DNA of 64,000 bases from Zancudomyces culisetae HAW-14-8 (taxonomy: Eukaryota; Fungi; Kickxellomycota), in NCBI GenBank assembly GCA_052426225.1, contig JBNJNM010000011.1, positions 620,001-684,000 of the forward strand, in the 5' to 3' direction. The position numbers were made by a program, and so were the translations under genes. The notes beneath the pieces are model-generated. The model saw nothing but the letters and a program-made list of their open reading frames with translations. It did no database searches and was not told where the DNA came from. Positions 1 to 10,889 of the stretch are shown piece after piece (position 1 is the first letter of the stretch; every line of letters starts with the position of its first letter).

Positions 1-622
1 TTATGCTTTAGAGTTCATTTATGAAATTAGTCGTTAGCACGTGAGCGTTATCATTTGTTTGCCCAAAAAACAGAACTTTATGTTTTTTGCTTTCGACTCT
101 TTAAGAGAGTGATATTCTCTATCTATAAACCAGTCATCAAAGTACTAGTGCTAGGATATCTATTTTGTTGATAAACCAGGGTTAAACAATAGTAATCGTA
201 CTTTTAGAATGCTACTCACAGCCATAAGTATTCGCAAGCTGGCTTTTCGGGTAGTTTCTGTTTATGAAAGACTCAGATTAAGTTTATATCTCAGCTGACT
301 TGAACATCAATTTGCTTTTACTACTGTTAGATGCGTCTAAAGTATAACACGTATCTGTAGCCATACTATTTTATTTAGTTAAGAGAATTTTGCCATTTAT
401 AGTGTCCCCTCTGGGCTTTGATTTACTGATATTTTGTAACGGTTGGTTCTTTTAATAGTCACATTTCACAAACAGATTCAAAGTTATGTAGTTGTAATAA
501 CATAAGTAATTCTGTTCCTTTCAAAGCGTATTTAAATAAATTAATTATGATTTCTATTTTTCCATTTAAAAATATTCGATCAAAGGTTGAAAGGAAAAAT
601 AGGAAAACATCAGGAAATAAAA

Positions 623-1887
623 ATGGGCAGAAGAGGGGATAGTGGTAGAAATAGAGACAGAGACAGGGATGGTGGAGGTGAAGATGGCAGAGACAGGGAT
701 AGAGACAGAGACAGAGACAGAGACAGAGACAGAGACAGAGACAGAGACAGAGACAGAGACAGAGACAGATATAAAAATGATTATAAGAGCAGGGATGCTC
801 AAGATTCTATTTCTATACGTGACAAACTTCACAGCACCACACCACGTAGCTCTAGAGACGATAAAAACAATTCTAGAAAAGACGAATATAAATCTTCCAG
901 ACACTACCAAGAAGAAAGAGGCGTGAATTCAAAAAGAAAAATCCATAGGGTTTATTACAAAGATGAAGATAAAGCACAACCTGCAAAGAAAATTGGAAAA
1001 ACAATGGATGATGACAGAAATGAAGGGTAAGATTATACATTCTATTTATTGTTTTCTTAGGGTGTTGAGGTATTTTTAAATGCAAGAAATCGACTTTTAC
1101 TTAGTAGGAAAAAGACCGAGCACGAGAAAGTCGAACCAAATTTTGAATTATCTGGGAGTTTAGCTAAAGATACAAACAAGATTGAAGGTGTAGTAGTGAA
1201 GTATAACGAGCCGGCTGAAGCCAGGAGACCCAAGGACAAATGGAGATTGTATGTCTTTAAGGGAGATGAGGAAATTGGTAGGTATAGTTGGTTTTGCTTA
1301 TTTTACGGTTTACTTGGCAAATTATGGGATTTTTCAGGTATCAACACAAATACAGTACGAAGCGATAAATATGAACGTATTTATCTTATTTAGACATGTT
1401 GATGGTTCATAACTCTAGTGCGTATTTATTTGGAAGAGATCGAAAGGTAAAAAATAGAAAAGCTTTGCACGGAAATATGTGTAATACATATTAAAGATTT
1501 AAAAGTCCATTCAAATAAACGGTAATAATAACTGTGGTGATAATCATAGATTGCAGATATACCAACTGATCATCCCAGTTGCTCCAGTCAGCATGCGGTT
1601 CTGCAGTATCGACAAATAAACAACGAAATTAGGTATGGTTTTACAGATATTTTAGCTATACATTTATTGATATGCAAATACCTTAAGAACACGAACATTT
1701 CTAATATACTTGTGCTGAAACTGTACTACGTGATAGGCCATACCTGATAGACATGGACTCAACAAATGGAACGTACGTCAACAAGGACAAGATTCCAACA
1801 CAAAGATACTTCAGGCTGTTTTCCAAAGATGTAATAAAATTTGGATATAGCAGTCGAGATTACGTACTTGTGAGGGAGGAAGAATAG
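623..1887 (+). CDS. SNIP1: FHA-domain RES-complex splicing protein, SNIP1/Pml1 homologue (5 exons)
   Basis: Spliced translation gives an RD-rich N-terminus, then EKVEPNFELSGSLAKDTN..VKYNEPAEARRPKDKWRLYVFKG, SAYLFGRDRK-IADIPTDHPSCSSQHAVLQYR and PYLIDMDSTNGTY (FHA GR, SxxH, NG motifs). GT-AG introns at about 1027-1107, 1278-1393, 1447-1549 and 1633-1736 keep frame; stop TAG 1885-1887. Confidence 0.93.
701..768 (+). repeat. (AGAGAC)n coding microsatellite, about 11 copies, encoding poly-(Arg-Asp)
   Basis: Direct hexamer tandem repeat in SNIP1 exon 1. Confidence 0.95.
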
Positions 1888-1898
1888 AGAAACGGCTT

Positions 1899-4208
1899 TT
1901 ATACAAGCAGCTTATGAGCCACAAGTTCTAGACAGGTGTAAGCGTCCTGTTTGGAGTCATGAGCAGAACTTTGTATAAAAGATTTTAAATACTTTGAGGC
2001 CAGAAGCTTTAAGGAATATCTATATGGTAAGCCGAGATGGTGTGGGAACATATCGGCAGTATCAATGACGTTTTCATGCACTATTCTCAGTGCTCTCAGG
2101 TCGTTTTCTAAGCCATGGCCTAATAATATAGTATCTTTTGATATCATTGACAGGAATTTTGATTGAATCTCAGCAAATGTATACTTTGCACCGTCAAGAG
2201 ACTCCACTCCACTATTTTAAAGAGATTATATTTTCAAAGCTGCTTTTTAAAGAGATTAAAGTTTTTTTTTGATAACGCAAACGGGATGTATGCTTAGAGT
2301 TATATTTATGTATAATACAGCGGACTCAATGAAGAATATGTTGATATGAATGTGTGTTAGAATTACGGTGGTTATACTAGCTTTTAAAACCATCCTTGTA
2401 TATTTTCTTGTATTGTTTTATTAATAAATATTACCTAAACCTGGAATTCAACGTTAATACTTCACCAACAGGTTTCACTAGCTCGTCCAGGAGGGTAGTT
2501 CCATGACTATCGAGTACAGTCAATCTTATCAGCTCATGACCAATAACTGTCGGGCACTATAGTTTAACACATTGATGGCCGGGGAAGTTATGTATCTTAT
2601 GAGTATTTTGGTTTTTAGTATAAAATGGCAGCTTCGATTACTGAAGGGCAAAAGATGAATAACGGTCAAGATAGCATATAACAAACGTAAATAGGTGTAT
2701 TTACCATTTCACAATCTAGAGCTAGGAGTGCATGGCGCGAGCTTCTATCATCAACTTTTTCGGAAAACCGATAGGGAACTAAGGCATGATTTAGGCCATC
2801 ACTATCAGAGACAAACGAATGGGGGCCAACATCACAAGGGTTTGAGCTAGTGTCGCCTCCGCAGCAAGAATAGGTTCTTCCGCTGCTTATCCGCTCCCCT
2901 ACCAGTGGGTTCCTGGCCAGCAGCTTTCCATGATGAAATAAACATTCTGTCAAAACACTTGGGTTTTTTGTGGGTAGTTGTATTGTAAACACTTTTTGAC
3001 ATTTGTAGCATCTTGTCCTTGTTCCAACAAGTGCAGTTGGTTTTAACCGACCATAGTTTGCATTATCCTGGTTGCAGCGACGAGACTGACCTTTTATAAG
3101 TTTGTCTCCAGGCGTAGAGTCAGCTTTGTGAGATAAATCTAACGATTTGGTTCTAATTGTCTCCGCATAAATCACTTTTGGTAAAGGGTAGTCCATTAGC
3201 TCTAGTTTTTGCTTTGTTAGAGTCATACTTAACAGCTTTTCAAATACATTGGGATCGTTTGCGTTTATGTTTATTTGTCGGTATTCCACTTTTCGGTCGG
3301 CCTCATGTGTATCTTTGGGCTTTTCTTTTTCGGTTGCAATATCAATGTCTCGTTTGAGTATTTCAGGTTTAGTCTGTTTCTTTAGTCTACTTAATTCCAA
3401 TGAAATGGTATTTCGATACGTTTTAGGGTTACTCTTCAAGTATAGTTCCTTTTCCTTTAGAAGCGCTATATCAGATATATCTACATTGGTATTGCTTTTG
3501 TAAATACGTTCAAATTCCTTAAAAATGAGTTCCAATGTCTTTTGTCTCAACTCCCAAGGAATTCTTTGATTCACTTCTGCTTTTATAACAGGACATTTTT
3601 TTGATTGAAGGGGTTTATCTGACTGGTTTACTTGCCGTTTAACGCCTGGCTGTTCTTTTTCAGAATTTTGATCATTTTTTTTAGAAAGATCAGTTTTAAT
3701 TGCGACCTTTGGCTCATCAACATGGTATTTAGCAGCATCTTTGTGCTCTATATTCTTGGTGTTGTTTAAAATCACTATTGTTTCTTTTGCAGTTTGTATA
3801 GATCTAACACTATCTGGTTTAGGAGTACTTGTTTTTGGCATGTAAATTGGTTTTTGTTGAGTGTTTTGCATTTTAGTTTTAGCTCGGCTCTGAAATTCCG
3901 TATTATAATCTAAAAATATTTCAATATACCAAATTAGCATTTTCGCCCTCTCAAGATTTCTGATCACTGCTGGAATGCCGGTAAATGATCTTTGGAATTC
4001 GCTCAATTATGAAATAGTGTCTCCATTCAAAGAGAAAAACCGAAAGGAAGAAAAAAGGAATCCACTTTGACTTACCTATATGAACAAAGCGGGACGCCTC
4101 TCTGTGTACGGAATGGTTGAACACACAAACGCCCTCAAACTCGCAAAAGCCATTTTTTAAAATGTACGGACAGTCGATTTTGGAAAAGCCTTCCTTTAAT
4201 GGAAACAT
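1899..4208 (-). CDS. DEDDh RNA exonuclease, REX3/REXO1-like (4 exons)
   Basis: ATG at 4208 ([23 protein letters not shown]-like); Cys/His region CLFHHGK..YSCCG..C..GPH; catalytic motifs LALDCEM|[29 protein letters not shown]|[15 protein letters not shown] and HDSKQDA joined by in-frame GT-AG introns. Confidence 0.9.
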
Positions 4209-4600
4209 TTGAAAGCAATTTAAACTAAAAGTGAGGATGTAAAGGATAAGGAGGAATTTAAAGTGTGCTAGTGCTAGTACTAGTTTGTTTGATAATTTGA
4301 GTAGCAAAAAAAAAATAAGTAAATTTCTGAGGTTAAGAATTTGATCCAATAAACAAAACAAAAACTCGCAAGGTCGAAGTTCTCGCTTTACACGAGTTGC
4401 TAGAAACATTAAAAGTTGGAAATTTGAAGAAAATCGAGAAGAAAAATGCTGATATATGGAGAAATATGTATTTAAAGCATAAGTAATGCGGATAAAATAA
4501 CATCAATAAGTATAAGCTTGGATTCAGGTAATTGAAGCAAGTAAAAGCATTAAAACGATAATAAAATCAAACTATATGAATCTAAGCGTAAAGAAATAAA

Positions 4601-6982
4601 TTAGTAGCTTGTCACAACGACGGTTTCAACGACTGGTACAGTTTCGCAGTCAGTCTCTTCGGTCTCCTCTTCACATTCAGTCTCTTCAGTCTCCTCTTCA
4701 CAATCGGTCTCTTCGGTCTCCTCTTCACAGTCGGTTTCTTCTGTTCCAGTTGGTGCAACAGTTGGGTATCCTGTTGAGGATGATGAGGCAGTTGGGGCAA
4801 CGGTTGGGTACACGGTGGTTGGTACAACAGTTGTGTAGCTAGTGGTTGAGTTGGTTACGGTGATGGTGGAGTAGGAAGTTGAAGCAGTTGGCTCAACAGT
4901 TGGGTACATGGTGGTTGGCACAACGGTTGTGTAGCTGGTGGTTGACTCAGTTACAGTGATGGTAGTGTAGGATGTTGAAGCAGTTGGCTCAACAGTTGGG
5001 TACACAGTGGTTGGTACAACGGTTGTGTAACTGGTGGCTGGGATGGTTACAGTGACAGTGGTATATCCAGTTGAAGCAGTTGGGGCAACAGTTGGGTACA
5101 CAGTGACGACTGAAGTACATGAAGCAGTTACAGTGACGGTTGGGGTGACTGTGACTGTTGGAGTGTATGTGACTGGAACACAGTTAGTTGGTTTTGGGGC
5201 AACTGGGCAGACACAAGCTGATGTATATTCAGTGGTTGGGGCAACAGTTGGGTATACAGTGGTTGGTACAACGGTTGTGTAGCTGGTTGTTGAGTTGGTC
5301 ACAGTGATGGTGGAGTAGGAAGTTGAAGCAGTTGGCTCAACAGTTGGGTATACAGTGGTTGGGGCAACAGTTGGGTACACGGTGGTTGGCACAACGGTTG
5401 TGTAACTAGTAGTTGAGTTGGTCACAGTGATGGTGGAGTAGATGGTTGAGGTTGATGAAATAGTTGGGTATACAGTGGTTGGTACAACGGTTGTGTAGCT
5501 GGTGGTTGGGTTGGTTACGGTGATGGTGGTGTAGGATGTTGAGGCAGTTGGGGCAACAGTTGGGTACACAGTGGTTGGTACAACGGTTGTGTAGCTGGTG
5601 GTTGGGTTGGTGATGGTGATGGTGGTATAGGATGTTGAGGCAGTTGGGGCAACAGTTGGGTATCCGGTAGTTGGTGCAACAGTTGGGTATCCGGTAGTTG
5701 GTGCAACAGTTGGGTATCCGGTAGTTGGTGCAACGGTTGGGTATCCGGTGGTTGGTGCAACAGTTGGGTATCCGGTGGTTGGTGCAACAGTTGGGTATCC
5801 GGTAGTTGGTGCAACAGTTGGGTATCCGGTAGTTGGTGCAACGGTTGGGTATCCGGTGGTTGGTGCAACAGTTGGGTATCCGGTGGTTGGTGCAACAGTT
5901 GGGTATCCGGTAGTTGGTGCAACAGTTGGGTATCCGGTAGTTGGTGCAACAGTTGGGTATCCGGTAGTTGGTGCAACAGTTGGGTATCCGGTAGTTGGTG
6001 CAACAGTTGGGTATCCGGTAGTTGGTGCAACGGTTGGGTATCCGGTGGTTGGATATCCGGTGGTTTCATCTGTGGTTGAGGTGGTCTCATCTGTGGTTGA
6101 GGTGGTCTCATCTGTGGTTGAGGTGGTCTCATCTGTGGTTGAGGTGGTCTCATCTGTGGTTGAGGTGGTTTCATCTGTAGTTGAGGTGGTTTCATCTGTA
6201 GTTGAGGTGGTTTCATCTGTAGTTGAGGTGGCTTCATCTGTAGTTGGGGTGGTTTGTGTGCGTGTGTGGTGTGACTTGATGTGTTCAAGAATTTGACGTA
6301 GTATATCAGCGAGCTCAGAGAGCTGAATGTTAATCTTGTCTCCAATGAGAGCAATGATCTCATCAATTGATGGGAGCTGTGGAATGTTCAAGTGGGTAAG
6401 AATTTGGTAAAGTTGTTGAATAGTAATATTTCCTGGGAGGTTGAGACCATTAAGGTATCTAAGAATTTCCTCAAGGGAAGGAAGATTTGGGACTCCTGGA
6501 ACGGTGATGGTTGGGAGAACAACTGATGGGATGGAGATGGATGGAAGGGTAATCACATCTGTTGGAAGTGCTGGAACTGTGATTGGGATTGTAGTAACTC
6601 CTGGGATAGTTATGGTTGTAGTGAATGGAAGTGATGGCAATGTAACTGTAAGTGTTGGTCCTCCTGGGATTACGACTGTTGCTACAGTGCTACTTGGTGC
6701 AGCAGTTGTTGTTTGTTCTGGTGCAGCAGTTGTTGTTGGTACTGGTGGGGCTGGGATTGTGATTGGGATTTCTCCAAGAACTGGGAGCGAGATTGTTGTG
6801 GTGAATGGAAGCTCAGGAATGTCAATTGTCCTTCCGCCAAATGGAAGAGTGATTTGTGAGATATCAGATTGCTCAGTCAATGTAAATACTCCTGGGATGG
6901 TAATTGGACCAACCAAAACGGCCTTGACTGATGACAAGGCTGCGACTGAGCTCAACAAGGCATACTTTACTGACGTTTTCAT
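4601..6982 (-). CDS. Secreted Thr/Pro/Val/Tyr-rich tandem-repeat protein (793 aa), cell-wall or adhesive candidate
   Basis: Single ORF with signal-peptide-like N-terminus (MKTSVKYALLSSVAALSSVKA), several repeat classes and an acidic Cys-containing tail; no clear GPI/TM C-terminus. Confidence 0.85.
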   Translation of the reverse strand: MKTSVKYALLSSVAALSSVKAVLVGPITIPGVFTLTEQSDISQITLPFGGRTIDIPELPFTTTISLPVLGEIPITIPAPPVPTTTAAPEQTTTAAPSSTVATVVIPGGPTLTVTLPSLPFTTTITIPGVTTIPITVPALPTDVITLPSISIPSVVLPTITVPGVPNLPSLEEILRYLNGLNLPGNITIQQLYQILTHLNIPQLPSIDEIIALIGDKINIQLSELADILRQILEHIKSHHTRTQTTPTTDEATSTTDETTSTTDETTSTTDETTSTTDETTSTTDETTSTTDETTSTTDETTSTTDETTGYPTTGYPTVAPTTGYPTVAPTTGYPTVAPTTGYPTVAPTTGYPTVAPTTGYPTVAPTTGYPTVAPTTGYPTVAPTTGYPTVAPTTGYPTVAPTTGYPTVAPTTGYPTVAPTTGYPTVAPTTGYPTVAPTTGYPTVAPTASTSYTTITITNPTTSYTTVVPTTVYPTVAPTASTSYTTITVTNPTTSYTTVVPTTVYPTISSTSTIYSTITVTNSTTSYTTVVPTTVYPTVAPTTVYPTVEPTASTSYSTITVTNSTTSYTTVVPTTVYPTVAPTTEYTSACVCPVAPKPTNCVPVTYTPTVTVTPTVTVTASCTSVVTVYPTVAPTASTGYTTVTVTIPATSYTTVVPTTVYPTVEPTASTSYTTITVTESTTSYTTVVPTTMYPTVEPTASTSYSTITVTNSTTSYTTVVPTTVYPTVAPTASSSSTGYPTVAPTGTEETDCEEETEETDCEEETEETECEEETEETDCETVPVVETVVVTSY
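4645..4741 (-). repeat. 27-bp coding repeat EETDCEEET, about 3.5 copies
   Basis: Tandem cagtctcttcggtctcctcttca-type units on the + strand. Confidence 0.85.
5645..6050 (-). repeat. 27-bp coding tandem repeat TTGYPTVAP, about 15 copies
   Basis: Unit ggtgcaacagttgggtatccggtagtt with only synonymous variants. Confidence 0.95.
6061..6245 (-). repeat. 21-bp coding tandem repeat TTDETTS, about 9 copies
   Basis: Unit tcatctgtggttgaggtggtc and close variants. Confidence 0.95.
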
Positions 6983-9900
6983 CTTCGCTGTTAATATAAT
7001 TTAGTAGGCGACCTCTAAGAATTACTTCTAGTCTTCTATTGGTTTTTAGACAAATACTTTACTATTGTCTAAGTTCGAGGGAGGGTAAATAAAGTATATT
7101 AATGTTTTAGAAGAGGAACTTTTTTTCGGCCGTGCTCTCAAAAGTATTTATACCTTTCTTTTAGATTGTGATTTCACAGTTTTTCCATATGCAACTTTCA
7201 TCTCACTTTTGCTTTTACCTACGTAACCATTATAATCCACCTTTTCTTCCTGTTACTCAGGTTGACATCGTTTTCGATACCGTTACTTTTTTCATCACCC
7301 TTCATTAGTTTGTTTTTTTACTTGTTTACGTTTACAAATCTCGTTTCAGATAGTATTGCAACATCCATCTTCCATTACAAAAATGTCTGTATGGGACAAT
7401 AAATGCCTTCCATTTTTTGGTTAAATGTCGAACTTTACCAATTCCTCATATTGGTATCGCTATTTTGCTCAATTGGAGAGAGAAAGTTGAAATAACCTTT
7501 ATTTATCGACAATTTGTGCATTAATCGCAATGTGCAAAAAGCATTACAATTTTCAATCTTTAATCACCGAATTAACATAGCTACTCCTATGTGTTAATAA
7601 CAATCCTGTCAAATGAACTGGATAAGTTAAAATGCGTAAAAAAATAATCATCGAAAACGCTCTTTTTAGTCATTTTTCTAAATTTGGCTTACCTAATAAG
7701 TAAGCGCTAAATTCTATTCTCATTGCATCCGCCAACCTTTAAAAAAAAAATTCCCAACGATTAGTGATGTAGACTAATAACACGCTAATAATTTTTTTAC
7801 CACTTTATCAATTGGTCTTTTTTTTTGCTTTCGTATTAATTAATGTTTATTTTATGTAAATACAATTTTTTACGTTGGTTGATATTTCTTTGTTGAGATG
7901 GTGAGATGAAAAAGTTTTTTTTTCGATATATCTTGGATTATTGGCTGCTTATACATTTTTTTCAATACTCTATTTCGCTCTCTTTAACACTTTTTACCTC
8001 TTCTCCTCTCCTCTCCCCTTCATTTTTCCAAAAAAAAAAATCATGACTCCAACACATGATAATGTGCGAAATCCAAACAACAAGTTCCCAAACCACTGTT
8101 ATCTAAGGGCCTGTTATAAAAATTATTAATCTCCCAACATTCCTCGTTCAACATCATGTTATTTTTTGGGTTTTTTCCTTTTGTGAGGTGCAAAAGGCTT
8201 CCGTGTTGGCAAAATTTGACATTTATTATACAACACATATCCCGTCTTCCCCTCCTCTCCTCTCTCTCTTGAGTAGGAAAGTGATAATTACACATTTGCA
8301 ATCCACACTTGTAACTCTTCCCTCCATCCACCCCACAGCAATTATCATATGCTGTCATTTTCAAAAATTGATCTACAAAAAAAAAAATCCGATTCAGTCC
8401 ATTCAAAAGGTCGCCTGCTAGGAACAATTTTAAAAGTACCAATGATTTTGAATATTTATTCTGTCATTCCTTTTTGTTGTGGAACCGATTTAGTAAGCAA
8501 TTAACAGACCTCAAATGCAAAGAGGTAATTATTACAGAAAATGTCATATATAAAATCCTTGTATTTAGCTGCTGTAATGGTACCTAGACATGTCAGGAGT
8601 ATTTGACCACTTTTTTTTGCTGCTTTTTACTCTTTTCCCCTCTTTTTTCACGTCCATTTTTTTATCCATTCATTTTTTCTACTAGAAATTACCAAAAGAA
8701 AAAAAGTTTTTAATTCTAAACTTCAAGATTCCGGATATATCCACTCTGGTAAAACGATATTTTTTTTGGGGGGGAAATGAATCAATTAGCATTTCTCGTA
8801 AAACATTTGTGTTGTGATTTTCTCATATTAGGTATATAACAAGCTTTGGGAGAAAATTGAAAGCCTCCAAAAACAAAATCTATTCAGTAAATGTCTATTT
8901 TACTCCAACCTATATTCTTTACCATTCAATTTGCTGTATTCATCTAACCTTGTGTCACCATCCTTAACGCCCTCCTCTTTGCTCGTATTTTATTTTTTCA
9001 CCATATTTTGACTCTCCATGGATATTTTAAAGCATACTAATAGCAACTATTGGTAACTTTTCGTTAGTTTCTAAAACTAGTTTAATCATGTAGTACATAG
9101 ACGCTTAGATAGGATACTGGTTATTCTATATTTGGATGGTTCTGGATATGCACTAAAAAAACTCATAAAAACTCTAGAGACACAATATTTATCTATAGCC
9201 ACCTTCCCAAGAAAAAAGAAGCATTAAATTACATGATCTTCCTTTTCTCACTCATTAATACTATTGTACCTTAAGTCGATGTTGCATGGCCAAATTTCTG
9301 AATGAGAATTAACAAACTCAAGCACACATGGAGATAGCAGCCGTATTCGTTGGAGTGCAAACTATTTGTAGTATTTTCAGCCTTATCCCATTTCATTGAT
9401 TAGGCTTGCACTTGTAAACACTTGTAACTGCGAAGCGCGACTTTATAGTATATGTAGCTATTTTATAAGTGATCTACTCATGTATAGTGTTTTGTCTCTG
9501 TGTCTCCTTTGCATCAAAACATTCTACTACTTGTTTGTAAATAATTATATTGGTTTACATTGTGTTGTGTTGTGTTGTACTCTTTTTTATTTTGGAGTAT
9601 TGTTACACTACACCCACAAAGATATATACCAGTAATGAAGAAAAAAGAAACATGTAGTACCGACCCCCAGATATTTCAAGTATAATCAGATACCTATGCT
9701 CAAGCTATTTTTGTGTTTTTACTATTAGAATAATCAAAGCAACTGACTTTTTATTCTATGTATACAGAATAATGCCATTTATTTTATTCGATCAACTTTA
9801 CCCAACTTCAGGCTCTAATAAATCTACTATTACTTGCTATGCTGGACGATTATTTTACCAAATTTAAACCTACAAATTTTAGTAACACGTTAAAATAGAT

Positions 9901-10889
9901 CAGCTTTATAGATAAAAGGGACGTTGTGTGCAGTCTCATAATCATGAGACGCCTTTAACAGGAAATACTTTAATATATTAGATGAATATCCTACTGTTCA
10001 TGCAATGAATGGATTTTGGCAGCTTATGTAGGAAATGATAATAATAATAATAATAATAATAAGTGAAGTTATAAATTGGCAACATAAATAACTTGATAGA
10101 GTCAGTACAAATACTATAGTCTTCTGCTCTCATCACCACTCAATTATTTGTGAATGTTTGCTTGAGCTTACAGTAGAGACCAAGTCTTGAAATATATTAT
10201 ATATTTTTACTAATACACTTCTCATTATAATTTTACGCAATAAAGAATAAAGGGTAAATAAAGAAAAAGTATAAATAAAAATGTTTTGATACCCAGATAT
10301 CTTCAGAGTACTGTATATACAGTGTAGATTGTGATTTTTTATTATTTTAGTTAATCTAGCCAATCTTTTCTGAATGGAATTAATACAACAGCTCACCATT
10401 ATATACATGCATATATACCATTACTTATTTCTGTTTTTGATACTCAGCTTCTTACACTAGCTAAAATACATAAACTGACATGTAAAAAAAAAGGAACTAT
10501 GAGCTGGCGAATAGAAAACAAACATATAAATTTCGAAATGGTAAAACAAAGATGTGTTTGTATTGGTTATTGGATTTCAATTTAACTGTAAATAAAAAAG
10601 GAACAATATATTGAAACTTTTAACACTTGTATTTATTTAGTGTAAAAAACCAAGGGTCTTTGAGTCATACATTTTTATACTACAAAACATATTTCAAGTA
10701 CAGGAAGGTCAACATATTCAAAGGGTCTCAAGTAAATTTAATACCAAACTGTAACAATTCCACAAGAAAATCTTCAATTGAAATAGCCGAGAAGCGAAAA
10801 ATTCGGGATCAAAAAGAAATAGACATTTAATTTTTCAGTTACTGCATCTGCGTTCTATTGCAAATACAAACCAAGGAGCTGATGATAAA

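Noticed and set aside
566-926. ORFs 566-910(-) and 642-926(+) with VSVS/ETET runs
   Set aside because: Alternative-frame shadows of the (AGAGAC)n microsatellite in SNIP1.
5645-6245. Regular repeats as a possible CRISPR array
   Set aside because: No unique spacers, unit lengths are multiples of 3 inside a CDS, and the context is eukaryotic.
5034-7004. Long overlapping ORFs (5515-6366, 5748-6296, 6441-7004)
   Set aside because: Stop-free shadows of the coding tandem repeats; only the 793-aa frame has a signal peptide.
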